Source: a virus
Taxonomy: Duplodnaviria; Caudoviricetes
IMG/VR virus record: IMGVR_UViG_3300043112_000020
Location: 1 to 37,163 of that record
Reading direction: 5' to 3' (one strand)
DNA length: 37,163 bases
Below the pieces are notes generated by a model. The model was not told the DNA's origin and did not search any database. It saw nothing but the letters and a program-made list of their open reading frames with translations. Below, piece after piece: positions 11,201 through 18,829 of this stretch. How positions within the stretch are numbered: the first letter of the stretch is position 1; each line of letters begins with the position of its first letter. A program made the translations under genes and the position numbers.

Positions 11201-14200
11201 AACGACGTTCGATTGCGGATAGAGAGCGGCCGCGATACCGGCTGTCAGCGGATCGTATTCGACACCAGTAAAGTGGGTACGCCCGGACAGTCCTTCCGGG
11301 ATCAGGCCAAGGAAATTACCCGTCCCCATGGCCGGTTCCAGCACGTTTCCACCGTTAAAACCAAGGCGTTGTGCAATTTTCCATAGGCCGTCCACCACGT
11401 CCTTGCTGGTGTAATGGGCGAACTGCGTGGAGTTACGCGCTACCTCCAATTCTTTTTCAGTCAGCAGTCCTTCAAGTTCTTCGACCTTGCTTTCCCAGCC
11501 TTTGGCCATGGACCCGTCGGGCCGACGGAAGGCATTGGCCAGCCCACCCCAGCCGACATAGCGGGCCAAGACTTGCTGTTCCTCTGCGGTGGCAAAGCGT
11601 CTTTCTTTCTGGAGGGTTTTGAGAATGCGGATTGCAGCCATGTTGTCGGCATACTTCGCCGTTTCGCCGCGTCCAAGCTCAAAATCGCCGGGGATGCGGT
11701 AATTGGTGGCAGGCGTTCCCTGGGGTTCTAAATCTCGTCGGCCTCGATCTTCTCGAGCAGATCGTCCTCCGGTTTGATCAGAATGTACTCGGGGAGAACC
11801 ACCTCTTCGGCTTCGTGGCGTTGATACCCGGCTGCCATCAGTTGATTGATCTGCTTGTGCGCTCTCTCGGCTGCTTTCAGCGTCAGCGGCAGAAGCTGTT
11901 TCGATTTCATCAGTGCCTTGTGTTGTTTCGGGCACCACTCGTGGAGATGGATTATCGCCCTTTCCTGCAGTTCCTTCACGGTCGTCCCGTACAGACTCCC
12001 CGCTTTCTGCTGCGCCTGTTTCCTCGATTCGATCATCGATATTATCCTTTCCGGCATGTACCTCGTCTGAGGATAGCATATCACCGTTTTTCACTTCATC
12101 AAGGAAGTGCATCAGGTAGGGTTTCACCTTAGCGCTGAAATTCTGCACAATGAAGCGCATGAAATCCTTGACGCCTTTGCCTGCTGCGCGGAACTCTTCC
12201 AGGGCTTTCTGAAAATGCGGCTTGGCTTTCGCGTAGGTATCCCGGTCCAAACCAGAAGGAAAGCTCGAGAGCGAATCGGCCCCACCGAACAGATCCACCA
12301 GCCCCTGCATGGCCTCACCCACACCCTTGACACCGTGCTTGGCCGCTTCGCCTGCAATCTTCTTCGCAGTCTGATTGTCCTGGACCTTCTGCTGTGCCTT
12401 CTGGGGGGTGGCCTTCTTCGTGGTGGTGCGTTTCTTCGCCGGCTTTTTGGGTGCGGCAGGCTCTTCCTCCTGCTCATTGGCCACCTCGTCAAACATGGTC
12501 GAAAGATCGTCCATATCCATGTCGGCCAGTTCAGAATCAAGAGCGGAAGTAGGCGCACTTCCCCCGTCAAACATATCTGTCTGCTTGGCATCGTCCTGCG
12601 CCTTGGCCATTTCATCTTCCATGGCGAGGGTAGACACATTTGTGCCTTCGGGTTTGGTCTTCTTGCCGAATGCCGGGGGAGAGGCAAAGAGTTTACCGTC
12701 TTCGCCTACTTGTCTGGCGGGGATTCCTTGGGAATTTTTTTCTTCGGCATTACGGGCATTGCGCTCAATGTCGGCGGCGTCGATTTCGGCGGCCAAACGC
12801 TCGGTTTCTTCTTTGGTTGGCTCTGCAAACGGATCTTCTTCTATCAACTCTTCCGTTTGGGCTGCAGGCGCTTCCAACAAATCCTTGAGCGTTTCACGCA
12901 CCTCGGCCTCGCGGGTTTTGGGGAACACCCATCCACGATGCTTGAGGTTCCACCAGCCTTTGAGCCCGTTTTTGTTCAGACGGTTTTTGTGGGGTTTGGT
13001 ATCGCCCTTGACGAGGAAGGCTTTGTCCGACAGGGGCGCGATATGGAGGGGAGCTAATCCAGAAGCGGCAGAGTCGCCAGATCCCGCTTGTACTTCCGCA
13101 CCACTTCCTTCTGATCCTGGCTCGGAAGACTCTTGAACGCTTCGCTTCCCTGCATCTGTGCCAGTCCCGTCTTGCTGATCTCCGGCACCGCCAGTGCCGG
13201 TTTGCCCTGCAGCGTCGTCAGGTGCGGAGTTTTGTCCCTTTTGACTACTAGATTCATCAACGTCCTCCTGTTTCTGAACAGTATCGCCGTCCTCAAGCTC
13301 TGTCAAGGAACGGAATTTCATTTTATCCTTGGCGATACCTTCAGGCACACCAAGCCACAACCGGTCCAGATACCCGGCATCATCGGCATTCTGCAAATAG
13401 ACGGTATCCGGCAGATCGGCAGGATCCAGTTCAGCAATCTCAACATCCCCGCCCTTGGCTCCTTTATGCTCCGCAATGCGCTGAACGTCGTCCATTTCCG
13501 TGGTGAACCACAAAGCACGGACATCGGCCCCATTTTGGGCCTTGTGCGGATTATTCGGGTTGGCCTCCAAGTTATCGGCGTGACGGTCCTTGTCGACCGT
13601 GAACATGGCACGGTACAACTTCTTCCCCTTGCCAATGGCATCCAAGGCATGCTGCTTGCCGGCGCGATAGATGGTGCGCTTGTCGGTATTCGGTGAAACC
13701 TGCTCGTTGGTCAGGTGCTGGACGGACGGCAGATCAGGTGCATTTTCTTGATTGGCAAAGCCCGCCACAGGCCCTTCCTGAGACGAGCTCGTAACGGTTT
13801 CTACACTTGGCAGATCCGCGGCTCCCTCTTCCCGTTCTTCAATCGCTTCCTCGGCTGGGCGCACTTCCACCGTGCCATCTTCTCCGGCCACGGTTTTCGC
13901 GGCGTCCAGCACCTCCTGGCTGCCGTCGGTCACCACATCCTGGATCACCGTGCCGTCCTTGTCGCGGGAGGTTACGACGGTCTGCGAATCGGTCGGCTTG
14001 CTATCGATGCCGTATCCCAATGCGCTGCCGAGTTTACCGGAACGAGCCAGGTTCAATGTTCCATCCTGCGAAAAGATCAGTGTACCTTCGGGGATCTGCG
14101 CCGTCTTGAAACCGTCCGGAACCTCGGGCATGGATTCCCCGGGCGTAACCAGTACGGCCGGTTTCCGTCCATCGACCAGTGCCCGCATCTGAGCTTCCAT

Positions 14201-15916
14201 GCTGGCCGGCGCTTCCGGTGTGGTGGTCGGTGTCAGAGAAACAATCTGTTCATTCAAGGTATACAGCCGCGCCAAGGCCCGCGCTCCGGCCGATTTCTTC
14301 GGGGTGCCGTCCTTTTTCAGCAGATTGCCAGCGATCTTGTCGCGCAGTTCGGTCAAGGCGTCGAGGCGTTCAGGAGCATTCATGCGGTCCTGCGCCTTTT
14401 GAATTTCGCTGTCGGGCATGCCGTCCAATGCTCTGTTGATCAGGTCGTTTTTTTGCTCGGGCATCATGGCGGCACCTTCGGGCGATACCTGGGCAGCGGG
14501 TGCTTGTATGCCGTGAGGGTTGACCAGCATGCGGCCGGGGTCGGTAACGGGACCGCCTTCGGCATAAATGGTCTGTGCCGGGTCGGCCGGTTGGACCGGC
14601 TCGGCGTAAACAGGTTCAGCCTGCGGCAACACCATCAGTCCGCGCTCTGCGATCACAGCCATGTTCGAGGCGCGGTTCGGATTCGGTTGCGGGGGAGTAT
14701 TGATACTCTGTTGGGAGGCTGTCACCTGATCATCGGTCATCCCAGGCACGTTCAGGCCCTGATTGATGATGCTGCTCTTTTGCTCAGGAGTGAAAGCGGT
14801 TCCATCCGGTGTTACTTCGACAGCCGGTTGCGGTAGCATGCGCGATTCGTCAAAAATAGGCTGTTGTCCTGCTGCTTCTTCGGCAACCTCCGGTTCGGTT
14901 TGTTCTGCCTTGCTTTCCGGCGCCATGGCATTGGTTGCTGCACCAAGAACAAAACTGGTCGGAATTACATCGATGTTCTTGAGGCTTTCCACAACATCGG
15001 AAACGACCTCTTGCATGGGCTTGTCTTTGGCCAATGCCGCGGCTGCCGCCTGTGCCGGTTCTTCGAGGTATTCGGTCACAGCTTCGCCGGCACCACCTAC
15101 AGCCCGCCGAGCCATGGCTTTGAAAATCCCACGACCGGCCAGCTTTTCAATTCCTCGTTTTCCGAGTACGGCCTCCGCACCGAAAGAGTTAAGGACGCCG
15201 GATACCACCCCGTAAGCCGTGGACGCCTTCCTTGCTGATTCTTCCGGTACCCCTTCGTCTACCAGTTCGCGGTAAAGCGAAGAACCCTCTTGACTGCCAC
15301 CTGTTGCCCCTGCCGCCACCGGTCCACCAACGGCATAGGCAACCACAGTAGGAATCAAGGATGAAGCAGTATCGATCCCGGTTTCCGTCCACCATCTCGG
15401 ATCCTTCAACAGGTCCAGGTTGCCCCACAGCTTACGCTGCAGATCTTTGGGTTTTTCGGCATCGATAGCACTGCGCTGTTTATCCCAATGCCTGGCAGAG
15501 TCGCCGGTTATGTCGGCCAACTTGTCAAAAGTCTTTTCAATGGCCGTTGGTTCCCAGGAGGCTATGGACTTTTTAACTTCTTCGATATGTCGTTTCCCTT
15601 CTGGAGTCTGGGAATACCCGGGACGAAGACGGTCAATGTTTTGGATATATTCGTTTAAGTCTTCTCTGGGATCTGTTGTCCCGAAGGAACGCAGGAAGGC
15701 TTCCGCGGTGGATGCGGCAGACGAAGCAAACGACGGGAGAACCTTTCGCGCTCCGCGCTTGGCCGCCGACCAAATAGAGTTGTTATCCTCGGTTTCTGCG
15801 GTTGCCTGTTCTTTTGCAACCATGTCAAAAATGTCTCCACTATCCTGCGATCCGGCAGAAGGTGCGGGGGCTGAAGTTGTGTCTTCAATGTCGATCAGAT
15901 CAAAGATATCGGGCAT
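2282..15916 (-). CDS. 4544-aa DarB-like polyvalent virion/ejection protein: N6-adenine MTase, SNF2 helicase, zincin metallopeptidase, LPD38-like C-terminus
   Basis: MTase VLEPAMGTGNF and VIGNPPF; helicase DHTVGSGKT, VDESHEFKN, MTGTPVSN, WKPSDIEQREGRIIRQGN; LLHEVVGH; C-terminal AKNLTVNFNRKG..LYLFFNA..KLPYGYN. Confidence 0.93.
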   Translation of the reverse strand: MPDIFDLIDIEDTTSAPAPSAGSQDSGDIFDMVAKEQATAETEDNNSIWSAAKRGARKVLPSFASSAASTAEAFLRSFGTTDPREDLNEYIQNIDRLRPGYSQTPEGKRHIEEVKKSIASWEPTAIEKTFDKLADITGDSARHWDKQRSAIDAEKPKDLQRKLWGNLDLLKDPRWWTETGIDTASSLIPTVVAYAVGGPVAAGATGGSQEGSSLYRELVDEGVPEESARKASTAYGVVSGVLNSFGAEAVLGKRGIEKLAGRGIFKAMARRAVGGAGEAVTEYLEEPAQAAAAALAKDKPMQEVVSDVVESLKNIDVIPTSFVLGAATNAMAPESKAEQTEPEVAEEAAGQQPIFDESRMLPQPAVEVTPDGTAFTPEQKSSIINQGLNVPGMTDDQVTASQQSINTPPQPNPNRASNMAVIAERGLMVLPQAEPVYAEPVQPADPAQTIYAEGGPVTDPGRMLVNPHGIQAPAAQVSPEGAAMMPEQKNDLINRALDGMPDSEIQKAQDRMNAPERLDALTELRDKIAGNLLKKDGTPKKSAGARALARLYTLNEQIVSLTPTTTPEAPASMEAQMRALVDGRKPAVLVTPGESMPEVPDGFKTAQIPEGTLIFSQDGTLNLARSGKLGSALGYGIDSKPTDSQTVVTSRDKDGTVIQDVVTDGSQEVLDAAKTVAGEDGTVEVRPAEEAIEEREEGAADLPSVETVTSSSQEGPVAGFANQENAPDLPSVQHLTNEQVSPNTDKRTIYRAGKQHALDAIGKGKKLYRAMFTVDKDRHADNLEANPNNPHKAQNGADVRALWFTTEMDDVQRIAEHKGAKGGDVEIAELDPADLPDTVYLQNADDAGYLDRLWLGVPEGIAKDKMKFRSLTELEDGDTVQKQEDVDESSSQKGQNSAPDDAAGQTGTGGAGDQQDGTGTDAGKRSVQESSEPGSEGSGAEVQAGSGDSAASGLAPLHIAPLSDKAFLVKGDTKPHKNRLNKNGLKGWWNLKHRGWVFPKTREAEVRETLKDLLEAPAAQTEELIEEDPFAEPTKEETERLAAEIDAADIERNARNAEEKNSQGIPARQVGEDGKLFASPPAFGKKTKPEGTNVSTLAMEDEMAKAQDDAKQTDMFDGGSAPTSALDSELADMDMDDLSTMFDEVANEQEEEPAAPKKPAKKRTTTKKATPQKAQQKVQDNQTAKKIAGEAAKHGVKGVGEAMQGLVDLFGGADSLSSFPSGLDRDTYAKAKPHFQKALEEFRAAGKGVKDFMRFIVQNFSAKVKPYLMHFLDEVKNGDMLSSDEVHAGKDNIDDRIEETGAAESGESVRDDREGTAGKGDNPSPRVVPETTQGTDEIETASAADAESSRESAQADQSTDGSRVSTPRSRRGGSPRVHSDQTGGRSAREDRGRRDLEPQGTPATNYRIPGDFELGRGETAKYADNMAAIRILKTLQKERRFATAEEQQVLARYVGWGGLANAFRRPDGSMAKGWESKVEELEGLLTEKELEVARNSTQFAHYTSKDVVDGLWKIAQRLGFNGGNVLEPAMGTGNFLGLIPEGLSGRTHFTGVEYDPLTAGIAAALYPQSNVVHSGFEKIPLPPDYFDFVIGNPPFSQNSLRFKYTPDFNRFSMHNQFMLAGLESLKPGGVQAFVVSRYFLDAKSKEARARIADQADLVAAFRLPDTAFKANAGTEVVTDIIVLQKIADPESRNDVQWVGTDEVADPLGGDPITVNEYFKKHPQNIIGTLDRSGSQNMHNDVNVHLEPGTSLSEELDTRIQSLPKNILAAETPQDRTRQAFKDLQTSIEVALRGGEIGNVMFNVNGELIQVYEKEAPGGGELFAERVLTEDSPWHNSLQQNEDGKWYEVVDKLDKKGKPVKVLGSNGKPTKLNQKEERVYDNEADIPGTKKLGKLGYARLKGAVQILDTLIEQINLENTQNTAGKQIEANRKKLKRQYQAFVKEHDYMNSSKMLRIVDALPNGALLRSLEAKYKAPITKARAKTLGLKPRGAIVKTADILDKRIVYPYEVPTSADSATDALAVVLSETGGVDLKRIADLTGQTEQRAVDELHTGMESPVIFKDPETGRWETADEYLGGNVVRKLEAAKQAEMDKNIAALEKVQPEPWTADKVTVSLGATWVPEKTYAAFVEHLTGAPAKVLFSRLTNTFSVTGNAATSGAASWNTPGRNVVDLLSNVLNSQAIKVTRTVSDGHGSTRTFVDTEATQAANDMAETIKEEFTDWVFRDSERRRELVDLFNRMFNVRVTKQRDGSHLRFPGKVPDHIIKLRRHQVNGIWRGIVDRFVLYDHTVGSGKTFTAIARAIERKRMGLSKKPMMVVPNHILEQVAKDVYTLYPGARVLAAGVKDLSKNKRKRLFARIATGDWDLVIVPHSSFQFIGISPATEERYLQEELSMAIQAVEEAEAEAEAEGYSGRRKPLTVKEAERLRDNIEARLEKVKERASKRDNLLTFEQMGVDDLTVDESHEFKNLFYHSRLNVRGMNPKAGSAKAYDLWSKVRVLRESKNGSVAFMTGTPVSNSAVELYGIMRYLAADALEEMGLEHFDAWRSQFASVSTAFEPKESGRGLKEVNRIGRDWSNMRSLMDLYYSFADAVSNDDIKKWYKEDNDGAEFPIPKVKSGGRRSVNVEPSEVQERIIEDIVSGFDHLPDIEDVDQRNAERLRLMDRARKVSLDARAVDPYIQDNGEGGKLEQVAVEVKRVYDAWQKDKGTQLVFLDRSVPKAKGDAAKIAKYDSLVRQLEQAEEAGDEAKAMKLSDQLEKYDQNEMASLKAAQQGGWNAYDEIKKRLIESGIPENEIRYVQEATTDDQKKLLFEEVNAGKVRVLFGSTPRMGAGTNVQERLVALHHVDVTWKPSDIEQREGRIIRQGNSLFEKYADKFEVEILAYTTNRTVDAKLWSLNATKLKMINGLRHYTGDFNIEFDDSDSVGMAEIAAIASGEPLQLERVQLTSEIDKLNRQKNAHRRRIYGLRDELDDHQRALENENAVEVFAQHAGTQAGIEEKANSRKVSITYDGESVNFGYAQAAEAKGHITRLADAAAENGEKFSINVDGKKYTARTKAHDAVQKVLGDGMAFEAKFEGDTYISRSAMDKAITQKVKAAIEANLDQADPQAEMDETQVGSVRLGELEVDLSAQVVVGGRIGGSEQIVEIFAEAKDGKTWLVNTGYSGALGRGGKNLAEAVRGLSAGISRRIREFPTIVQQLKEKADKAREMIPKLESLVDEPFPKEQELEEKQRRLEEVEQELSAEADAASETDSDPVYSRKTPQQQARLTKQQVLQTIGPILQNWKNAPRIEAVQSVKDLPDHLKNYIFSNDPHEGAGIDGVFDPKTGTIFLIADALPSTARATHVLLHEVVGHYGLRGMLGKDFNSILDQIGNVRRKDLVPIAARWGYDLRTRGGRRGAAEEWLAEIAGRGETNGFLKRAVVVIRDWLRSMGFNMKYSDADIVALVAKARKYVEKGVEQGGSEVRISYSKSAIEALYAKVSELEKKTDAAYESGDYGLAEDLDARLAEEREWLDNYASQYDYDFEQDAVDNEAGIEEQLAGAYKSLLDLRAGKPISNGFVTEEGVIANMRDVVDSYGQQGVRDDISDTELIEAAKDAYQNRRRELSEKPEQSIKFSRAAAATAQTPRASRIDRGKEAIGTRLDYLRMKFQDKFLPLKRTQQALKKRDWQEREDNNPYLTEELYHGIAKDRLDKFEAEQIEPLMEEIKAAPVSLDELEQYLYARHVPERNAYIQKINPEFEEGGSGMTDAEASKIIDGFRKAGKLRVLHNLAQKVWSMAEMQRRIIREEGLEEQERLDAWEQFNFYVPLKGAPDGLDEGHGRSIGRGFAVTKSGTRAALGRRSEAENILAHLAAQVADTIVRAERAKVGKAFLQMVEENPDPSLWTVRTRDNLPTRQVLAKNPAFTALKGKLQRRQAALEKAEDGAEIERLQQEIAEIRTEMEATPPRQVAEVDDFEWIRADNVLPITRDGQVHYIQIENRDLARVMKNLGAADQGKSIRALAWLNRVLAMVNTSLNPEFIITNFERDFQTAMINLSGEESAKIAAKVAKGIPASMRGIRNALRGSNDSDMAKWYARFKAAGGQVGYLDLQNIDQTQRQIQKLVREQDGKLGTVWKYVQKVGKFIGDYNTMVENAVRLSAFKTAIENGMSEAKAASLAKNLTVNFNRKGELGPAANALYLFFNAGVQGSARIITSLAKSKRTRKICAGITLTAFALAEINRLQAGDDDDDENRWDKVSDYTKHTNLLLMRGDESGDAFKVKLPYGYNMFVALGYTMSDVRAYLTSGGKHGKSPAQGAVSLFHAGMNAFNPLGGDDSLLQLISPTIMDPFVQVATNENFMGTPIMPDQPSFGPPKPKSEMYWSSVRPLSMAISKQLNELTGGSSVEPGVVDISPEVLDHFWDFATGGAGRFYADSINAMAAMARGEELSIRRVPFARQVYQEKSDYYDRQNLHNHMDKVTAHYGLFKEMMETGRKGDAMRYRQEHPEIALKRTADHLRRRLTKLRQGKEKLENVDKERYKDRIERIEREIQRLTMAFNRKYNQTVTR
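11728..12036 (-). CDS. Overprinted +1-frame gene inside the giant gene, about 102 aa, TnpV-like helical pattern
   Basis: AAGGA SD 8 nt before ATG at 12036; globular-looking HLHEWCPKQHKAL..QL..AAERA..LMAAG..EAEEVVLPEYILIKPE; host frame here is a low-complexity linker. Confidence 0.65.
   Translation of the reverse strand: MIESRKQAQQKAGSLYGTTVKELQERAIIHLHEWCPKQHKALMKSKQLLPLTLKAAERAHKQINQLMAAGYQRHEAEEVVLPEYILIKPEDDLLEKIEADEI
13054..13257 (-). CDS. Second overprinted +1-frame gene inside the giant gene, 67 aa
   Basis: AGGAGG SD 6 nt before ATG at 13257; host frame is a G/S/D-rich disordered linker. Confidence 0.5.
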   Translation of the reverse strand: MNLVVKRDKTPHLTTLQGKPALAVPEISKTGLAQMQGSEAFKSLPSQDQKEVVRKYKRDLATLPLLD

Positions 15917-15934
15917 GGTTGAGCTGTCCTTCCA

Positions 15935-17290
15935 TCAGAAAGAGTATCCGCGCTGCTTGGCGAGTTGTCGGGCCTTGGCCTTATCGCCTTTGGCTTCCTT
16001 GAGGATCTCGCGGGCTATCTTTATATGCTCGGGGTTGGTCTGATCGAGCTTTTGGGGTTTTTGCCGTTTGGGCCGCTTCCCATTGTCTGCCTGCACCCCG
16101 TCCGCTGCTGGATGGTTATTGCCACCCTTCGGCGATTCCGTATTGCCATTCTTGAGCATGTCGTAATATTCGATGGTCTTTTCTTCGATGGCCTGCTGTC
16201 GATTGCCGCCGAAGGCCGCGAAGTCCGTCGAATCAAAGTGCCTCAAAGTAGCCTGGTCGCCGGCCCACTTCTCGGCCCGTTTCCTGGCTTCCAGATAGAC
16301 AGGATCGTTCATATCCATGGCCGGTTGCTCCTGCGCCGTGAACACCGGCTGCACCGCCTGACCGTTCACCCATTCTTCGTAGGTTGGCGCTCCATCGATC
16401 GTGCCGATCATATTCCCCATAGGATCAGCCTTGCCGTAGGTGGCAATGTACGTTTGGCGCAGATCGTCCAGGGTGGCTGTGCGCCCGGTCTTGAGCTGGA
16501 TCAGATCCGACTTGCCGCTGCCGCCATTTTTCGCCTTGGTGGCTTCGAGTCCACGCTTGAGGTCGTATTCCTTGCCCATCTTTTTCAGTTCAAATGCGCG
16601 ATCCCGCTTCTCCTTATCCAGGGCAAGCCGGTTCTTGCGCTCTTCGGCGGCCACGGCTCGTTTGTTTTCGAGATAACCTTTCGGGTCAAGCTGGGCGAAC
16701 TTGGTTTTAAGCAGGTTTTGAAGGTACTGCTTGCGGCTGCCCATTTCGCCGAAGAAGTCTCGAAACGGCACAACCATGACGTCTTTGTCGGTATGATCAC
16801 GGTTGGGAAGCGTAGCCGGGGCAACATAGCTTTTCCCTTCGGCGGTTGTCGCTTTAAGGTGGGGGATGAAACCGGTACCATCTGGCGTGATAGAGGCTCC
16901 CACCATTTCTTTGGTCGCCCCATCCGGACCACCGACATTCACCATATCACCAAATACGCGACTGGTTGCGGCGAAGAACTCAGGCGTATCGTAGGTGCCA
17001 TTTTCAATACTCTGCTCCATGAGAACAAGATCCTGGTACATCTGCTTGGTTTCTTCTTCTTCCTCATACCGTTTCATCAGCATTTCATGCTGCTTTTGCT
17101 GCCAGGCAAACCGCTTTTCGGACCGTTCGTCCTGTTTTATCTGACGATCTCGATTGAACTCTCGGTCCTCAGCCCGCTCTTTGTCGAGACGCTTTTGACG
17201 CTTTATATTCTCAGCGTTCGCGACCAAGCCCTGACCGACAGACAGCCCGCGCAATAAACTGTTGGAAAATGCCCCTGGATCGAAACCCAT
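15935..17290 (-). CDS. Internal virion/ejection protein, 451 aa (start reassigned to MGFDPGAF)
   Basis: GAGGGGGG SD before ATG at 17290; N-terminal G-rich amphipathic helix plus charged coiled coil; position before the giant protein. Confidence 0.75.
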   Translation of the reverse strand: MGFDPGAFSNSLLRGLSVGQGLVANAENIKRQKRLDKERAEDREFNRDRQIKQDERSEKRFAWQQKQHEMLMKRYEEEEETKQMYQDLVLMEQSIENGTYDTPEFFAATSRVFGDMVNVGGPDGATKEMVGASITPDGTGFIPHLKATTAEGKSYVAPATLPNRDHTDKDVMVVPFRDFFGEMGSRKQYLQNLLKTKFAQLDPKGYLENKRAVAAEERKNRLALDKEKRDRAFELKKMGKEYDLKRGLEATKAKNGGSGKSDLIQLKTGRTATLDDLRQTYIATYGKADPMGNMIGTIDGAPTYEEWVNGQAVQPVFTAQEQPAMDMNDPVYLEARKRAEKWAGDQATLRHFDSTDFAAFGGNRQQAIEEKTIEYYDMLKNGNTESPKGGNNHPAADGVQADNGKRPKRQKPQKLDQTNPEHIKIAREILKEAKGDKAKARQLAKQRGYSF

Positions 17291-17304
17291 AGTTACCCCC
17301 CTCT

Positions 17305-17844
17305 TTAAATCATCATGGCGGCAAGTCCAAGACCGGCACCGATCATGGTTGCGTTCGATGAAGCGACCGATGCTGCATTCGCGGAATTGGCCGAATTGCG
17401 GTTTGCTTGCATCTGCGCTACCTGCCCCCATCCAGATTGGGCGCTACCTGCCACCCCTTGGCCGAGGGCAAACAAGCCGTTCTGGACGGCATCACGCCTT
17501 GCGTCCGCGGCGATTCGCGTATCATTGGCGGTCTGTGTAATGTCCAGCGATTTGGTAATCGAACGCTCTTTATCCATGGCGGCCTTCTCTTCCGGAGACA
17601 CGTTCACTCCGTAACGCTCAATTGATCTTGCGGTGCTTCCCTCTGCCGCTTCATACGAATCGCTCACCGCGCTCTTTGCTGTGTCCACGTTATTCTGGAC
17701 CATATCCGGATCGTTTATGTAAGAAACCAACGAATCGACCTGAGGCGCGAACTTCTCCTTCCACAGGTCCCACTGTTCGCGTGAAATTTTGGCTTGGGCG
17801 TCAGAGGCCGTTGTGTCCTGTTTTACGCTGCCGCCCATACTCAT
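17305..17844 (-). CDS. Ala/Gln-rich ejection (pilot-like) protein, 179 aa
   Basis: ATGA overlap with the upstream stop; MGGS start, ISREQWD motif, C-terminal GAGLGLAAMMI. Confidence 0.75.
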   Translation of the reverse strand: MSMGGSVKQDTTASDAQAKISREQWDLWKEKFAPQVDSLVSYINDPDMVQNNVDTAKSAVSDSYEAAEGSTARSIERYGVNVSPEEKAAMDKERSITKSLDITQTANDTRIAADARRDAVQNGLFALGQGVAGSAQSGWGQVAQMQANRNSANSANAASVASSNATMIGAGLGLAAMMI

Positions 17845-18428
17845 ACCGCACCTGCCTTGTCGGAAGGATCGAACCAGCCTTTTTTCTGCCCGTAAGCGCC
17901 AATGCCCATGCCAGCAACCGTTCCGGCAGCATTGCCCCATGCCTGACTTGCCGCCTGTTCTGCCTGAACGTCTGCGATCTTGGATTGATTCTGCATGGTG
18001 CCGGCCATGGCTAGCCCCTGCTGAGCCCCAGAAGCAATTCCGCGACCTGAGGCGATTACGTCCTGCACACCAGTTACATATTCGGCTTCGTGAGCCTGCT
18101 GAGTCGTTGCTACCGAATTGCCCATCTGTGAAGCCTTGGACATGTCAAATTTACTCACTCCGGTTTTGAATTTGCCGCTGTTTGGATTTATCCCGGCCCG
18201 CAGACCAGCCCCAACAGCGTTGGACCGTTGCTCCTCAAAAGCGTCACTGACCGCCTCGGTTGCTTGGCGCGTTTCACCTGACAGACCACGCTTATTGTCC
18301 ATGGTTTTCTGGATCAGTGGGTCGATCTCACCAGCGAATTTTTGTTTGTAAAAGTTCCATTCCTCAGTGGCGATCTTGGCAAGCTCCTTTTCGCCCCAAG
18401 AGGCTTTTACTTTTTTTGAACTGCCCAC
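17841..18428 (-). CDS. Ala/Gln-rich ejection (pilot-like) protein, 195 aa
   Basis: IATEEWN motif resembling the downstream gene; GINPNSG; C-terminal GTVAGMGIGAYG. Confidence 0.75.
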   Translation of the reverse strand: MGSSKKVKASWGEKELAKIATEEWNFYKQKFAGEIDPLIQKTMDNKRGLSGETRQATEAVSDAFEEQRSNAVGAGLRAGINPNSGKFKTGVSKFDMSKASQMGNSVATTQQAHEAEYVTGVQDVIASGRGIASGAQQGLAMAGTMQNQSKIADVQAEQAASQAWGNAAGTVAGMGIGAYGQKKGWFDPSDKAGAV

Positions 18429-18429
18429 G

Positions 18430-18822
18430 CTAAACCTCCATCTGGTATACTTTGGTCACCAGCTTCCATCCGGTCTTTTTTGCCCGTCGCTCAAACCCAG
18501 GTCGAGGGGATGCTGTTTCCAGCCGTACAGCACCAATCTTGCGAGCGATTTCTTTGATTTCAGGCAAATAGTATTCTTGCGCACTTTTGCCTTTCGCATA
18601 GGTGATCCAAATGAATAACTCCAGCTCGCCTGCCGGATTTGTCTGATGCTGCAACACGCAAAAATCATCACCATGCATGAACAGAGCAGCACGACCTTCA
18701 CGGCAGGCGTCGTAAACGTCCACCGGTCGCCAAGCAGTTCGGCATATACGATGAACATGCTCCAGGCCAGGTCGAATTCTGTCCCAGCATGTGCGTATGT
18801 CTGTCAGTTTGAGTTTTTCCAT
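18430..18822 (-). CDS. GNAT-like protein found before podovirus ejection genes
   Basis: ELFIWITY..IKEIARKIGA..TASPRPGFER..GW pattern; synteny. Confidence 0.65.
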   Translation of the reverse strand: MEKLKLTDIRTCWDRIRPGLEHVHRICRTAWRPVDVYDACREGRAALFMHGDDFCVLQHQTNPAGELELFIWITYAKGKSAQEYYLPEIKEIARKIGAVRLETASPRPGFERRAKKTGWKLVTKVYQMEV

Positions 18823-18829
18823 AGCCTCG

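Noticed and set aside
10085-14836. Long plus-strand ORFs (433, 316, 373 aa and others) opposite the giant gene
   Set aside because: Antisense shadows of GC-rich codon usage; no motifs or convincing SD
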